Part shown: positions 1-13,479 of the stretch, piece by piece
How positions within the stretch are numbered: position 1 is the first letter of the stretch
Layout: each line of letters begins with the position of its first letter
Source of the DNA: Tricharina praecox
Taxonomy: Eukaryota
Length of the DNA stretch: 64,000 nucleotides
Assembly: GCF_024521635.1 (NCBI RefSeq)
Contig: NW_026250405.1
Span: 372,001-436,000 of the forward strand
Direction: 5' to 3'
Position numbers and translations under genes: made by a program
The notes under the pieces: model-generated
What the model was told of the DNA's origin: nothing
Database searches by the model: none
The model's input: the letters and a program-made list of their open reading frames with translations, nothing else

Positions 1-475
1 GTATAAAGTTGGGGGGAGAGAGAACGACGTACCTTGACGATTGAGCTCGGGCTTAGGTGGAAGGAAGGAGGGTGGATGGGTGGGCGGGTGGGGGGAAAGG
101 AAGGAGGTAAGGAGGCTGGAAAGGAATGATCGATGGAGGGTGGGAAGGAAGGAAGAAAAGATGAATAGCCGAGGAGGAAAGGAAGCTGTGATGGTTGTAA
201 AGAGAAGGAGAGAAGGAGGATCAGATGGCGGGTGGTTTTATAGGTGGTTTGGGGCGGCTAGTTTACATTCAGTTTCGCCGCCGCCAGACGGCTAGACCCC
301 ACCAAAACTTGCTCGTCACTTGGAACGATCGAGAAAACGTGACGCAAATCGTTGGTGACGGGGTGGAAGTGTCGCCAGGCCGCTAGAACCGCACCAAAAC
401 ATGCTCATCAGATGGATCGAGCGAGAAAATTTGACCCGCTGATCGCTGGAGACGGGTTAATCACCTCGCGCGCCG
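1..475 (-). repeat. Promoter module P2 (TATA plus CT-rich tract on the - strand) of the dispersed H-module element; the copy continues off the left edge
   Basis: Colinear with 25850-26272 (e.g. gtataaagt-G-run-agaacgacgtaccttga; ggaagctgtgatggttgtaaagagaaggaga; ctagtttacattcagtttcgccg; cacctcgcg). TATAAAA on - at 236-242. Internal direct repeat ctagaccccaccaaaacttgctcgtca / ctagaaccgcaccaaaacatgctcatca at about 292 and 383. Confidence 0.85.
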
Positions 476-544
476 AACGTGTCACTGGTTCGGCTCTTCA
501 AAGTTCAAACCGCCCAGTGCCCACTGCAGGTGCTCGCCGCGCAC

Positions 545-750
545 AAAGGCAATGTCGTTCTCTCACACAGCGGCCAGAGCAACAACACTTGACCTATGGC
601 TATGAATACCTCACATGCATGGCCAAGAGGAAAGGCTTTTCAACTTTGAAAGAAAGAAGACCTCCGCGTACCTATAACATGGGGGTTTAGTAGGCCATGT
701 TATGCGCGTATAGCTTGGGCCGGTAATAGACCAAGTTATACTCCTTTGTT
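545..750 (+). repeat. Partial, diverged copy of the hairpin (H) module; candidate structured ncRNA
   Basis: Aligns to 25366-25565 (cagcggccagagcaacaa; tttcaactttgaaag; acctccgcgta; stems tataacatgg/ccatgttatg and tatagcttgg/ccaagttata). Confidence 0.8.
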
Positions 751-2229
751 TTTGTTGTTCTCGTCCGTAACGTGAACTGTAACTTTAGCTTAAGAGGGTT
801 CGCGAAGTCTCAGTCGTCGTCGCTCGCGAAGTGATGCGCGTTCACGGCGGCGTGCGAGTGGAAGTAGGTATGTAGGTGGAACGAAGACGTCATTTAGGTT
901 GCCGACTGTATGTGAAGGTACCATCATCCCATCACTAATGGTCTCCTATGTTGGAATACATGTTCTCGGCTTTTAAAACCACCTCTTCACATAAAATCAC
1001 CCGCCGATGTCGCGAGTGAGTTACTATGAATGCGTGCTTCGTATGGCTGTTTCTTCATATGTCACTCGACTGTGGCTGCCATCGTATCGTTCATTTATTC
1101 CATAGTGGTTTAAAGCTGTGGACTCGCCAAAAATCTTCTAGACACTGCACTCATTTGTGCGTACGCAGTCACGCGACTGTGAACATTTACTCCAAGTAGA
1201 TAAGTATCTGCATTTTCTGCGGTGTAGTTGCAACAGAAGCAAGTCAAGCCAACGAGATTCGACATTGCGTAAAACAGCAATTTCATATCTATCATGATTC
1301 CATGCCACTTCCCTCAGTATTTAAGACTCATCATACACTCCAAAGTTCCATATCCACTGGTCGCTCGCTACCACGAACTTCGTGGAGAACTATCAGATGG
1401 TAGGCATCCGAGTGCATGTTGGTGAATCATATCGATTGCCATTTGCGGCGCATCATTGGGGACCTACTGAACCTAGCTACGTATAAGGACGGACGTCCCA
1501 TGATTATAAGTGATAATAAGGAGCGATTGTGAACGGGACAAGGAAGAAGGGAATGCTACGCATAGTGGGGGGATCGAGTCCTTTGGTTATTGAGTCCAAA
1601 CAGTCGTTCCGAGGACTATTGTATTATATTCTCCGGTTAGACTTGAAGCAGTTCACTCGTTGAAAATCCGAAAAAATAGTTTCGAGAGGGAAGAATAAAG
1701 CTGCTTCGCTCGTGCGCGTCAGATCCGTCTTCATCCCCAACGTGGTCGCCGCGATATCTTGAACCGCGCGACTCTTCAGCGTACGGTACATGCCACTTAC
1801 GCACATAGTGGGGTCAACACACAATGAAATCAACCCCACATTAAACGCGACCAGAAAGCCGTCTACCTAGAATATGCGCGACACGGACGCTGAGCTGACG
1901 CTTCAGTCGCTGCGGAACTCCAGAGTTTTCGTTGCCGCATTTGCGGCCGCGTTATCCGGGATAAGTGCCCCACCTAGGAATCATACCAGAAAACGTACCT
2001 AAGTCATACCTACCCCACATTGGAGTTTCTACCCCACACGCGAATACATCATACATAGTCGAAAATTCCCCACCTCAGATATGTTCTCCTACTGCTTCAT
2101 AATTGAGAACTACTTTACGACTGGAATTGAACAGAAAAGACTTGTCGGTTTTGTGGCGATGTTTGAGAAATGACGCTACGACGCGACGCGACGCGACTCG
2201 GTTACCTTCACGGTTCGGCACTCGGATTG

Positions 2230-2959
2230 GACACCTGCAGGCTGCGACTTTGCCCGCGTAGTTGATGGATGGCATGTGGATGGGCCAGGGACTGAGACTT
2301 GGCAGGAGAATTATTGGGGCAGGTGAATGTTGATGGAATAGGTTTAGCGCGGGCATGTGTCCGATGGATGCGACATAGCTCATCACTACCTTTGTCGACC
2401 AGGAAATTTTGCATGCGGGCACGGTACCATTTACGAACAAAGAACCGAATGGATTACCTGCAAGTGGACAGAACCCCCGCCACTCTAGACGACTGAGCTT
2501 TCACGATGCATCGGACCATACTTTCGGGCCTGGGTTTACGGCCCCCGACAGCGCAGTTGCGTCGAAGGCCCACGTATTCCACGTTGCGGTCCCACCTGGA
2601 TAATCTACCGGTACCGGTGGCCATCGATACCTATCACGGTAACCTGTTTTACCAGTCATCTCGCGTGGTATGGGGGCTTTTTTGGTGGTAGGAAGGTGGT
2701 TGGGTGGGGGTATCGCCAGGCTAACGATCGTTCTTCGGGGAGTGAGGATTCGTCGGAGTATTCGCCAGCTGGTGCTGACTCCTCACCGGGTCTCAGAGAC
2801 GAGGAAACCGATTTCGTACCAGCGCCATCACGATCGCTAAGGACTCCCAGAAGCTGTTGGGAAATGTGCATTCAAGCCCGCGGTGGGGGGGGGAGGGGGC
2901 TCGAGAAAGTCCTGAGTTTGGTGCTGGAGGTTCTAGTAGCACCTTGGTCGTGGGGATGA
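2230..2959 (+). pseudogene. Possible decayed coding sequence of unknown family
   Basis: Same-frame ORF pieces 2299-2496 and 2506-2691 are separated by a single stop, with further stops upstream and downstream. Protein-like segment PVPVAIDTYHGNLFYQSSRVVWGLFW. No family recognised. Confidence 0.25.
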
Positions 2960-4138
2960 AATTGTTGTTACGTTCCATCATGGAAAGTCACACAGGAAGG
3001 CGGAGCGGCCGATAATTCCGATGCCGGGCATCACGATCTGGCTGCCATTGGGTCTCGGCAGCTGTCCGACCCGTAACAGCGACAGGACCCACTTCTCTGG
3101 AAACGAGGTGCGAATGAAGATGTGGTAGCGGGCCGTATTCATTCGTGAATCTACGCCGCGCAGTTGCTGATATTGGACAGGTGGAAATTAATTGGTACAT
3201 ACGGGACTTGCAAGAGTTGGAGTGCGTGTATGCGTCCATCCTGTCGTGGGGTCTGGGCCGTGAGGTTTCACAGCTTCCGATTCGCGTGAATACCTACGAA
3301 TCCGGAACGCATGCAGGTACTGTCACTGCCGGTGTCACTGTACATACCTTTATTCCTTTTGCTCTCACAGCCTCGACATCGGCGGCGACCCGAGCATATG
3401 CGCAAACATGTCAGCACATGGGGGTGGGGTATCCTCCGGTGGTACCTACATACATTCTGGACGCAGACGAACCATACGTACGCCCTGGACCTCGATGCGA
3501 CTGTAGTGTTTCCATCCAGCCGACCGTCTGCGTTTACCGGCGACGGGCGACACTCTCGCCTTTCTCCCGCCGTACATATGTCCGGGTCTTCGAATCGGCT
3601 ATTCGGGTATATGGGACCCGAACCCACGACCAACTGAACGTTGCGGCAACAAAGATTATGCGTCCATGCCTTGGGTATTTCCCGCCTGCTCCTTCTGCCA
3701 CAGACCGGGATACGACACCTAATTCCCGCAATTGAAGAAAGACTGGCGCCGCGCGCGCCCACGCGACCAACGGCCGCCGGCTCGCTTGCTGACACTTGCC
3801 CCCCCGCCCACCCGCGGGAGTCAGTCCCAGCCGTCTCCCCCCCCCACTCGTCGTGGCCGAGACATGAATTATCATACCGACTTGCGGTGTGTGCTCTGCG
3901 GAACGTGCCGATTCCGCACCGACACTTTGGACTCCACAAGGTTCAGCGAGCTGGCTAGGAATATAGTCACGCCATGTAGAGATAAATATCAATATCAATA
4001 CGTACTTACCTATAGATTGTACTCTATTGATGCGACACAGCGGCGCAGCAGTGTGGCGAAAGATATTGATTGAGCTCGGAAGTCGGCACCTGTGAGAGGT
4101 ATTGGTAACTTGCATGCACATGTGAATGCACAGCGCAC

Positions 4139-4684
4139 ATGTATGAAGATGTGAAGGAGGAAGTGTATGCGTTCGGGAGATTTCAGGGTGCGAAACGTTT
4201 ATTCGACCTGCGATGGGACGAGACTACTGTATTGTATTGTTCATACGGTCGCGTGTTGGTCTCAACAGTCGGCTTGCCCGGGGTAACTGGAGGGGCCCCG
4301 GGGTCTATTGGTTCTCGTCAAAGGGCAAGCTTTGTTTCTCCACGATCGAATCGTTCTCTCGTGAGATGGGTTCTGCAATTGGCGCTCCAATGGGCGGTCG
4401 TAGAAGCCAAATACCTAGACAAGAACGAACCCTGGTTGATCGATAATTATTGGCTTCCCTTTCGGAGCATTCCTTGTCTTCCAACGAAATCGTACGTGGG
4501 GTTGCAGAGTGCCGACGGGCCTGCCCACATTTTAGAGTCAGATCCCGACTGCATTCATCAAGTATCTCCAAGGGATGGATGTACTTCCGCGTTTCTGCTT
4601 GCCGCATGTCCAGAAACCTGTCTCGAGCTGTCGGAACATCCGCAGTTCGAAGGAAATGAGAAATTGGCATGTACGGAGTCGTGA
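4139..4684 (+). CDS. Hypothetical protein (uncertain)
   Basis: 181-aa ATG ORF with protein-like composition; no recognisable motif. Confidence 0.25.
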   Translation: MYEDVKEEVYAFGRFQGAKRLFDLRWDETTVLYCSYGRVLVSTVGLPGVTGGAPGSIGSRQRASFVSPRSNRSLVRWVLQLALQWAVVEAKYLDKNEPWLIDNYWLPFRSIPCLPTKSYVGLQSADGPAHILESDPDCIHQVSPRDGCTSAFLLAACPETCLELSEHPQFEGNEKLACTES

Positions 4685-6165
4685 CTTGTCCATACTATCG
4701 TTGGGAGACTTCTGACCGAGACAATCGTGAACGGGGTAGAAGGGCTGAGTCTACCGGAAGGACTAGTAGTTTGCTTGGGTTCTCCGGATGGTGTAAAGCA
4801 GCAGTCAAAATAGAGTGAAGGGGCGGCGCCGGCGTATTAACCGACGTCAATCACCCGGATTTTCGCTGCCTGCCTACTGGGGAATATCCGCCATGGCCCT
4901 AAGCCCATTACGGAATCTTAATCGATTTTTATTCCCAACCCGTGACGCAATAGCAAGTGAGCTTTTCCACAGGGCTCCCCGTTGAGAATTTTCGTGCAGA
5001 ATTTGGAGAAGAGCAAATTGCCTTCTACAGAGCTGCATATCCATTGCCGGTGTCTCCTGAATGCGCATAATATTGCGACGTCTCACCCCCCGATCACATC
5101 GTCGTGTCGCTATGCCCTAAGCCACCACTCGAACAATCCGACTACTAGTAAAGGTGACTGGGGTCGGTCTTCTGGGGTTTCTGCTGCACCGTACCTGGTT
5201 GAGTATGTGGGGAACGAAAAAATATATCCATGGATCCTTCGATTTGTTCCATGGCCGCGGCATTCAGTTTAGCGGCAATCATGCGTAGTGCTCCTGGCCT
5301 GCAAGTCCATCATCCCGGCCGGCTCCTCGTAAACCTATGCAAGTACCCCCTCTCGGTCTAGAGGACATATGATTATACCAGCCACTTTATTCTTGAGGAG
5401 ATCGCATGGTCAGTCGGAGGAGCATCATGGATACTACTGTCTGGCAGGCGGTCGGATTGTAAACCTCAAAAGGGCCCGGGTGAGTTAGACGGGTTAACCG
5501 CGTTCAGCAGGAGCTCTAGCCGCAGCTGGGCGATATTGCAACCGGCTAACATAGCTTCGATCCGATTGCAAGCGAGCAGGATGCGAAAGTGTATCTAGAG
5601 ACAATGGCTACTAAAAGGTAGACGTTTAACTATCATACCCCAGCCTGTTCGCCCAAGAATTGTCAGAGTGTGAGGGGAAAGGGGACTAGTTAGTACATAC
5701 GCCCTCCCGCGGGAAGTAGTGATCAAGCGGCACGGAAGTGGGTTTATCTGAGCGAACGCCTAGTGCTGCTGCTGGTGTCGTAAGTTTCGTTGACTCCGTA
5801 AGAAGTATTTCCGGAATATTTGGCCATCCGGTCAAAGAAGCCCACGGTCATCTTAATTGCTCCACCTAGTGTGTTCTGAATGCCAATTAGGGATGGCACC
5901 CCCTATGTTGGCATCTCCCCTGGCATCGAGCCTCGCAGTGATTGTCTGTTGTACAGTCCTGTTAAAAGACAGCTTCTATCCCCCACCATGCAACTCGTTC
6001 TTATCCTCCACCGGCCAGCAATTCACGTTTTAAAGGACCTGCTTTCTTTGTCCCCTTTTACAATCTGTTGCCTGCCCATCCACGTTCATTAAACCAAAGA
6101 CTTCTCGTCCTTCTCGATAGAATCGTCACATAAAACCGCTCTATTATTACCTATTTGAACCCAGC

Positions 6166-7451
6166 ATGCGTTTCCTCACAATCGTGGCCGTCTTGGCCGG
6201 TCTTGCCACCGCCGTTCCTACACCGGCTGCGGAGACAACCACAGCCAAGAGCTGCTCGGCGGTGTGCAAGAACCCTAGAGTACGAAAGGAATGGTGAGTT
6301 TCTGCTACGAATCGGCCCTTTCCCGGATTATTGACTGATTTCCCCCACTTCTAAAGGCGGAGTCTTTCCATCAGCGAGCGCAAGCAGTACCTGAACGCGG
6401 TGGTCTGCATGACCAAGAAACCTTCCAAAGCACCGGCGAACTTGACCCTCGGCGTGGTATCCCGATTTGACGACTTCAATGCGGTTCACATCATGAGCTC
6501 TGATGGTCTCGTCCAAGGAACCGGCGGTGTTCACATGGTCGGATTCTTCCTCGCGTGGCACAGGTATAATACAGTCCCCCTCCCTCCATATACCGAACAG
6601 CACCGTCCCCGATGCTGACAATACATCTTGTGTACCAGACTCTTCACGTGGTCTTACGAGACCGCTCTGCGCGATGAATGCGGTTACACGGGCGCCCAGC
6701 CATACTGGGACTGGAGGATCGACGCCGACAGCGGCGTGCCCATGGCGGAGTGGGAAATCTACAATCCATCCCACGGGTTCGGCGGCAACGGTGACTTCGT
6801 TTTGGAGCAGAACGTGACCGCGTCGTGGCCGTACCTGGCCGGACAGACCGGCGGCGGCTGCGTCAACGACGGCCCGTTCAAGGACACCGTCATGAACGTC
6901 GGTCCCGGCTCGACGCTCACGCATAACCCCCACTGCCTCCGCCGCGGCTTGAACCCAGATACTATCCCGTGGTTGACCAGCGCCCGTGTCGCAATCGCCC
7001 AGGCGAAGGCGGATTTCCTCTCCTACGATGCCGCCGTGCAGGGTGCCCAGGACATGAACCCCGCAGACGGCATTCAGCTGTTCCACGGCTCCGGTCACTA
7101 CATCCACGGCGGTGACTCGACGGATTTCATCTCCAGTAGCACTGGTATGTATTTCCACAACCCCCCCACTCCCTGCGAATCTCTAGGTGAATACGAACTA
7201 ACCCCCGTGGAACAGAACCAATCTTCTACCTCCACCACGCCTTCCTCGACAAGCTCTACTGGGAGTGGCAGATGATGAACCCGACTGTGCGCCTGTCCGA
7301 GATCGGCGGAGTCCGGATCCCGTTCCACCCCGACTCCGGCCCCGTCGCGCTCACGGACATCCTGGACATGAAGTTTGCGTACAAGAGCGGAGTCGAGATC
7401 AAGAAAGTGATGAACATTCGCAACGGCGAGCTCTGCTACACTTACCAGTAA
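6166..7451 (+). CDS. Secreted tyrosinase / di-copper centre protein, 4 exons
   Basis: Signal peptide MRFLTIVAVLAGLATA. Exons 6166-6293, 6357-6563, 6639-7144, 7216-7451 with GT-AG introns. VRKEWR motif, CuA His (AVH...GVH...FLAWHR), QPYWDW, CuB His (FHGSGH...PIFYLHH). Confidence 0.93.
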
Positions 7452-10400
7452 ATTTAAGTTTTGGGGCGTAGTGGCAGTGCATGGGGGATGGCATTAGACG
7501 TTTCGGATGAGTGGGGATATTATTTTTCGGCTATCCATCTATTTATTTGTCCTATTACCATGTTTTATTTCCGTATTTTTTATTTATTTAGTGGTGGCTT
7601 GTGGATTCGTCATTTCCTGCGATACGATACGATACGATAGCATAGCATAAATACGAACCGTTTAATGGCTCGATTCGGACTGATTCCCCGAGATAGATTG
7701 ATTGACTGACTGATTGATTGATTGATCCATGATATTGATATAAAACCCCGCCCATGGCAATGGTTATTAATTATCGAGCCGGGATCTGCAATGCGTGCTC
7801 GTCGCGGGCCCGTGCATGATTGAAACGCGGCTACTGTACTTGTTACCTACCAGATAGCCCAGTTAGCGCCTTTTCGTGTGAGAGCAGTGAGTGAATTATA
7901 CACGCCCTTTACTACGGCGGCGCCGGATCCGCACGTGAACCGCAGACTCGGCGCATGTGCGGTTCAGGAGTAAATACCGGTACCTGCTATGTCATTTACT
8001 AGTTATCCCTCACGCCCCGTGGACTCGACAGGCGGGGTTTCTACGTTAAGCCCATGCCCTTCGGAACGCCGGTCGGAATGGGAGAGGCTGTTCTGTTCTG
8101 TCCTCCTCGGGCCGGGTATGGGATAGGCAAGCCGCGGCCAGTGTTGAGACATACCGAACTTAGGTATCGATGCGTATAAGTAAGGCAAAGAATAAAGTCC
8201 AAGGATACCGATCGGTACCTGAATTGGATTTGGATTGACAATTGGAATCTGGGCGTTATGTACATAGATGGAGTGGCCTCATGCTGCCGCCGCCTATGTA
8301 CCTGCTTTGTTAGTGCTGATTGGGCACGACTCCTGCCAATGCACCTTCGTCTATGTACTGCTCATTTGTACCTACATAAACCCAGACCCCGGGTTCTCTT
8401 CACCGGCAGTTGACTACTAGTTAGTACTCTAGAGTCTAGTAACCTGCCTGCCGAAGCACGGAACGTTTCCGTGAGTTCCTTCAAAGCTCCCAAACCGGCG
8501 AGTGGGAACTTGGAAGGCTGGCTTTCTTCTTCGGACCGTTCCGGGATTTCGCCAGCTCTGCCGGCGTAAGCTGTCAACATGTCCAATACTTAACATCTGC
8601 AATTGGGACTTTTACTCCTGCAGTGACAATACTGCAACAGTGCGGCGTCTTTCGTCTTCCGTTTTGCTTCCTCGAGAACACTGGCGGATGTTGCGCGCGT
8701 GTGGGTGTCTGTGTCTCCAACTGTGGGCGTCGTAGACGCCGACGTTAGCGAATGAGACATCACTAACCACTAGGGAATGTTTTAGGCGACTCGAGGGAAC
8801 CCCAACATTACTGGCTCCATTTTCGATGATGATGTCTCGCCCCAGCTACACCAACAGCTGGAGACACCAGCTTCCATTAAACCGTACTCCGTATTCCCGA
8901 CTTCCGATTACGATTCATTGTATCGGATGGGATGGGATACCGCACACGTGGCAATCCTCCGTACACGCGCGTGAATAATTGTTTCATGCGTTATGCCGAC
9001 TGGGCGAACAACTTCACAAGCTACGCACATACATCCGATCAGCATTTACCATAGCAGCCGTGGCGAAACAGGTACTCTACATTATATTTATTGCATGATT
9101 CCGAGTTTTCCGTTCTCACTTCGACTTCCCGTCTCGACGCCGCACCCGGGCATGAACCATTCACGATTCCGCGTCATCCAGATTGGATTCATCTATTTAG
9201 TAATTATTCTCCCCGAGCGGGATCCGCTCGGCTCTTTGGCGGTAGACGTCTGCACACTTTTCGCACGACTGGACGGGAACGGCAAGTCGTTTACTATGAT
9301 ACTATACACTGTCACTGTCGCTGTCCACATGAACCGGAAATCCGGAGTTGTGGCCATGCGCCGACGACAGTTTCACTGTTTCACAGCGTCCCAGAACGAT
9401 TTGAAAATAATAACTCTAATATATGACCGTACACCCTCTCTCAGGTTCTCCTCCCACCGTCTCTTCGCAACAGCTACATGTGGTGTGTGTGTGTAGGTAT
9501 GTGTCGTGCAAAGTGAAACCGTAGAGATCAAACCTTAAGAGTCGTGATGATCCCGGCGCATCTCACAGCTGCACGGGGAGATGCTCGGCCTCACTGACAC
9601 CTGGCGTAGGCGCTGCGAAGATCAACATTCAACGTTCACTTAGGCGCCCTAAATATGATACCGGTACTACTGATCTACCATATTCGGGATCTTCGATTGA
9701 GAATGCACGGATTCTGGTCGGCGGAGAGGAGACCGAGACTGTGTTCACTAAACTCTACTCGAGTAGAGTAGAACCTGCTGATCCGTTGATCGGAGCCGTC
9801 TGAGGTGAAATGCAAAAAGGTGAAGTCGGTTTTCCTCAGCATCCTTTCAGGGTACAGGGACATTGTTCACTACTATATTCATCTACCTGGCGGGGAGATC
9901 CCCGCTTGCTGCTCTCACCCTCTCACGTCTTTAGAGTCCCCTCTTGTTGGCTAACCTTCCAACCCCTGACTGCTGCCAGATTCACCGGCCAGCATACTAA
10001 TTGAGAATGTAGTTAGGTTGTTCATCGGTTGTATCCCGAGGGAACTCTTTCACTCCTTCGCTCCATCCCCTCGATCCTCTGCAGGCCCTGTGCGTTAATC
10101 AGTTTACTACTGCACGAGCTACTGCTCGTAAAAAATTCCCCATCTCTTCCAGAACAGAATCCATCCAGATTCCCACCGTCGCTAACTCTACCGGTAGCAT
10201 ATGAACTCTATGTAAGCTCATCCTGACAGCCCGGGCCCGGCTATTTAGCCCAGCTAGCCCCGCGGCCGTCCCACCAGCGGCCGCCCCACCAACGGCCGCC
10301 CCACCCTACCTCACCACAGGCAGCGCCGCTGGTACGCGCCGACGTTCCGTCAAACGCATCGCTCACCGCACTCACGTTTCATGCGTTCGTTCGTGCGCGG

Positions 10401-12034
10401 CATCGGTGAAGAGTAGAGTACCTAGAGCTGAGAAAAAACAACAACTGGGCTTCAATTCAAGCAAGCTTCTCGGCGGTGCAAAAAAAAGTGGAGGGAGAAG
10501 GTCCGACCACTGGAACGAAATCAGCTGATTATTTAAATACTCCACATATGCTGTTTCGCGGCCGACTATTAGGCTCGCGGCCCCTCTTTCGGGGGGGGAA
10601 TGTTTGTGGAGAACGAGTCGACCGCCACTTCGTCACTAGCTAACGTGGCTACAAGCCACCGGTATTCTCCGCACGAATCGTGACACACACACAGTCGTGC
10701 ATTCTCTCACGCTACCGATTCCCCATTGTTTTGCTATGCAGATATGTACTTATGTAGATACTTCCTCTCTTTATTTTCTGCGAGCTTCCTGGATGTGATG
10801 GGACGCCGGGCGGGATTTATCCAATCCATACCGCGATCACTTCCGGCCGGCCGACCGCGGGAGTATTATGGGCGTCGTTGATATGTGAGAGGGAGAAGAC
10901 ACGGACGCGGAGAGGCCGTATTGTCCGGGAAATCCACAGCCAGCCCCATTTCATATCTCGCCGCCCCACAGACCGATGGAGGGGATGATCGAGTGCCCAC
11001 TTCTGGCTAGCAGTTGTCTTGACCCGATCCCCCACAGTCGGCTCGACAAATCCGGATCGGATCATGTTTCACTCACTACATCCATGAATGTCTTTCCTGT
11101 CGTGTCGTGTGTTGAACTTGGCGCCTTCAGGCTTCTCCACCAATCGTTACACTATCGTGCTTAGCACGCAGTTCGAGTGGTTACACACACTTGAGTCTTG
11201 ACACCAATGATGCAGAACTGAGGTCAAAACTCCTTTTGGCGTGCACCTGGAGTAATAATTCTCTACCCGAACCAGTGCGCAGGAGAGATGCGGTATCCAT
11301 CTAAACCAAGGGGGAGAAACCGAAAGTCACCGCACCCAAACCCTTGTACATGCGTGTGCTTCTGTTGCTGTTAAAGGTAAACGACCTCCCTCCTGTTACC
11401 TGTTACCTGTCTACGGTACCCACGTAAGCTAGGTACTTGGCTTCTCATGTGCTTTACGTATGTATGAGCGGCGGGTATGTATGTACTTTATGTCCCCCAC
11501 CCCCTTCTTGACCGGTAAATGATGATATGCACGGAGATATGTGGATGCAGCATACAGGGAGTGAGACTCGGACTTGAGACTATGTAGTTACCACATACAT
11601 CGATTGAAGCATGCATGTTTGGTGGTGGCCGCCATGTGCCACTGAGTCTGCATGGCCCATCTGATTGGAAAAGACAAATCCTATGTAGGTACACTATTAA
11701 CTAGTGCATTTTTCCCCTTCCACTGCTTCGCACCATCCCATAGATGTGGTTCATATCGCTTTCGACATCATCGCAAACAGGAAATCTCAAGGTATAAGAC
11801 CATCGCAGTCTGGTTGATCCCCACATGTACATACACACGTACATACACACCCACCCCCTCCCCCATCCGCCCGCTCTCGCGGGGCGCTATATAACTTAAA
11901 CCCAACGACTGCAGACTACCGTGGAACGCCTGGGGTTGCAGTCAACGACGAAAGACAGAACCCGCGGCTTCCAGCACTACACTGACGACGGTAGTGATTG
12001 TTGGCACTGTTCCTCGCCGTAGCAGTTCGACATC

Positions 12035-13479
12035 ATGGATCCGAACTTCGTACCGCCGCCGGGGCCTCCGGTCACCAGAGTCGCCGAGATCAATGGCGTG
12101 GCCATATCGATGACGGTCTGCGTGGCCATCTTCGTGCCCCTACGATTCTGGGTGAGAGGTGCGATGGTGGGCAAGGTTGGCCCGGATGACTGGTGCATTG
12201 GAGTCGCAACCGTACGTCCCGAGTGCCCGGCATGATGGAATGATATGCGTATGTACTAATGAGCGTGAGCAGATACTGTCGATATTACTGAACGTTCTCG
12301 TCATGGTCTCCACACATTACGGCGCAGGTCAACACTTTTGGAACCTCGAGGCTGATGAGATGGCCGAAGGACTCAAAGTACGTTTGACTACTGCCTCCAT
12401 GCACCCGAGTATTACCTAGTTCTTCGCTGACCAATATCCTTCAGTACAACTACCTCACGCAGATCCTCACTGTGCCCTGTCTGGCCATGGTTAAAGTCAG
12501 CATCGGCCTCTTCCTGCTGCGTCTCGCGGCCTCAAAGCTCTACCGGCACGTCTGTGTGGGCTTCATCGTGATCATGTCTACATACTCGTTCGCCTCCGCC
12601 TTGACCATCATCTTCCAATGCTATCCCGTGCGGGCCATCTGGGATGTTTCCACTCCGAACGCGAACTGCATGTCCACCCAAGTGCGGCTGGGATTGGGAT
12701 ATAGCTATTCCATCGTTACCATCATCTCCGACTTCTTCCTTGTCGTGCTACCGGTAGGTGCTCACCGGCCAGAACCCACCTGCGTGCGTGAGCTGACGGA
12801 AGGCCTAGATCGCCATGCTCTGGCACGTCCAGATCCCGCGCCGCCAGCGCTTCATGATCTGCGGTATCCTCTCGGTGGGCACGTTCGCCGCGTCCGCCTC
12901 GATCGTCAAATGCCTGTACGTCGTCAACTTCGGCCGGACGGGCGATTTCCTCTGTACGTACACACATACATATCCTTTCCCGCGCACCCCACCGACTAAT
13001 GCTCCATCCATCCACCAGGGGACTCAAGCGACGTCTGCATGTGGACGATGATCGAAGTGAACGTCGGCATTCTCAGCGCGTCGCTTCCGGCGCTGAAGCC
13101 ACTATTCAAGCGGGTAATGAACAAGGCGCTGTACTCCTCCGAGCGCTCACGCACCCGCGGGCTCTCGAACTCCCGCGGCCACCAGCTCTCGAGCATAAAC
13201 AAGTCCGGCGTCGCACGACCGGACCCGCAGAACGGCATCAGCAACGATATCCGCGCGGGAAGCGCGCACACGATCCTTTACGGCCAGAGGGTGCGCTTGC
13301 CGGATAGTGAGAGTGAAGAGGGAATCTTTGGGATTAGTAAGAGGACGGAGGTTAGTGTTGATGTGGAAACTATCTCGACTAGTAGTGGCGAGGGAGGGGT
13401 CGGCGGAATTGGCGGGATAGGCGTAATCAGGGATGATCGGGCGCCGGCGAGTGCAGCGGCGTCGCATGTGCTTTATTGA
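12035..13479 (+). CDS. Fungal rhodopsin-domain (Pth11-like, no CFEM) integral membrane protein, 5 exons
   Basis: Exons about 12035-12211, 12273-12377, 12445-12752, 12809-12953, 13019-13479. Family motifs LRFWVR..GPDDW, G.GQH, KVSIGLFLLRL, FQC.P..A.W, SDF...LP, WT.IEVNVGILSASLPALKPLF. Confidence 0.9.

Noticed and set aside
3145..4121. Several overlapping 100-220 aa ORFs
   Set aside because: They overlap on both strands in GC-rich DNA, mostly use non-ATG starts, and show no motifs or splice support.
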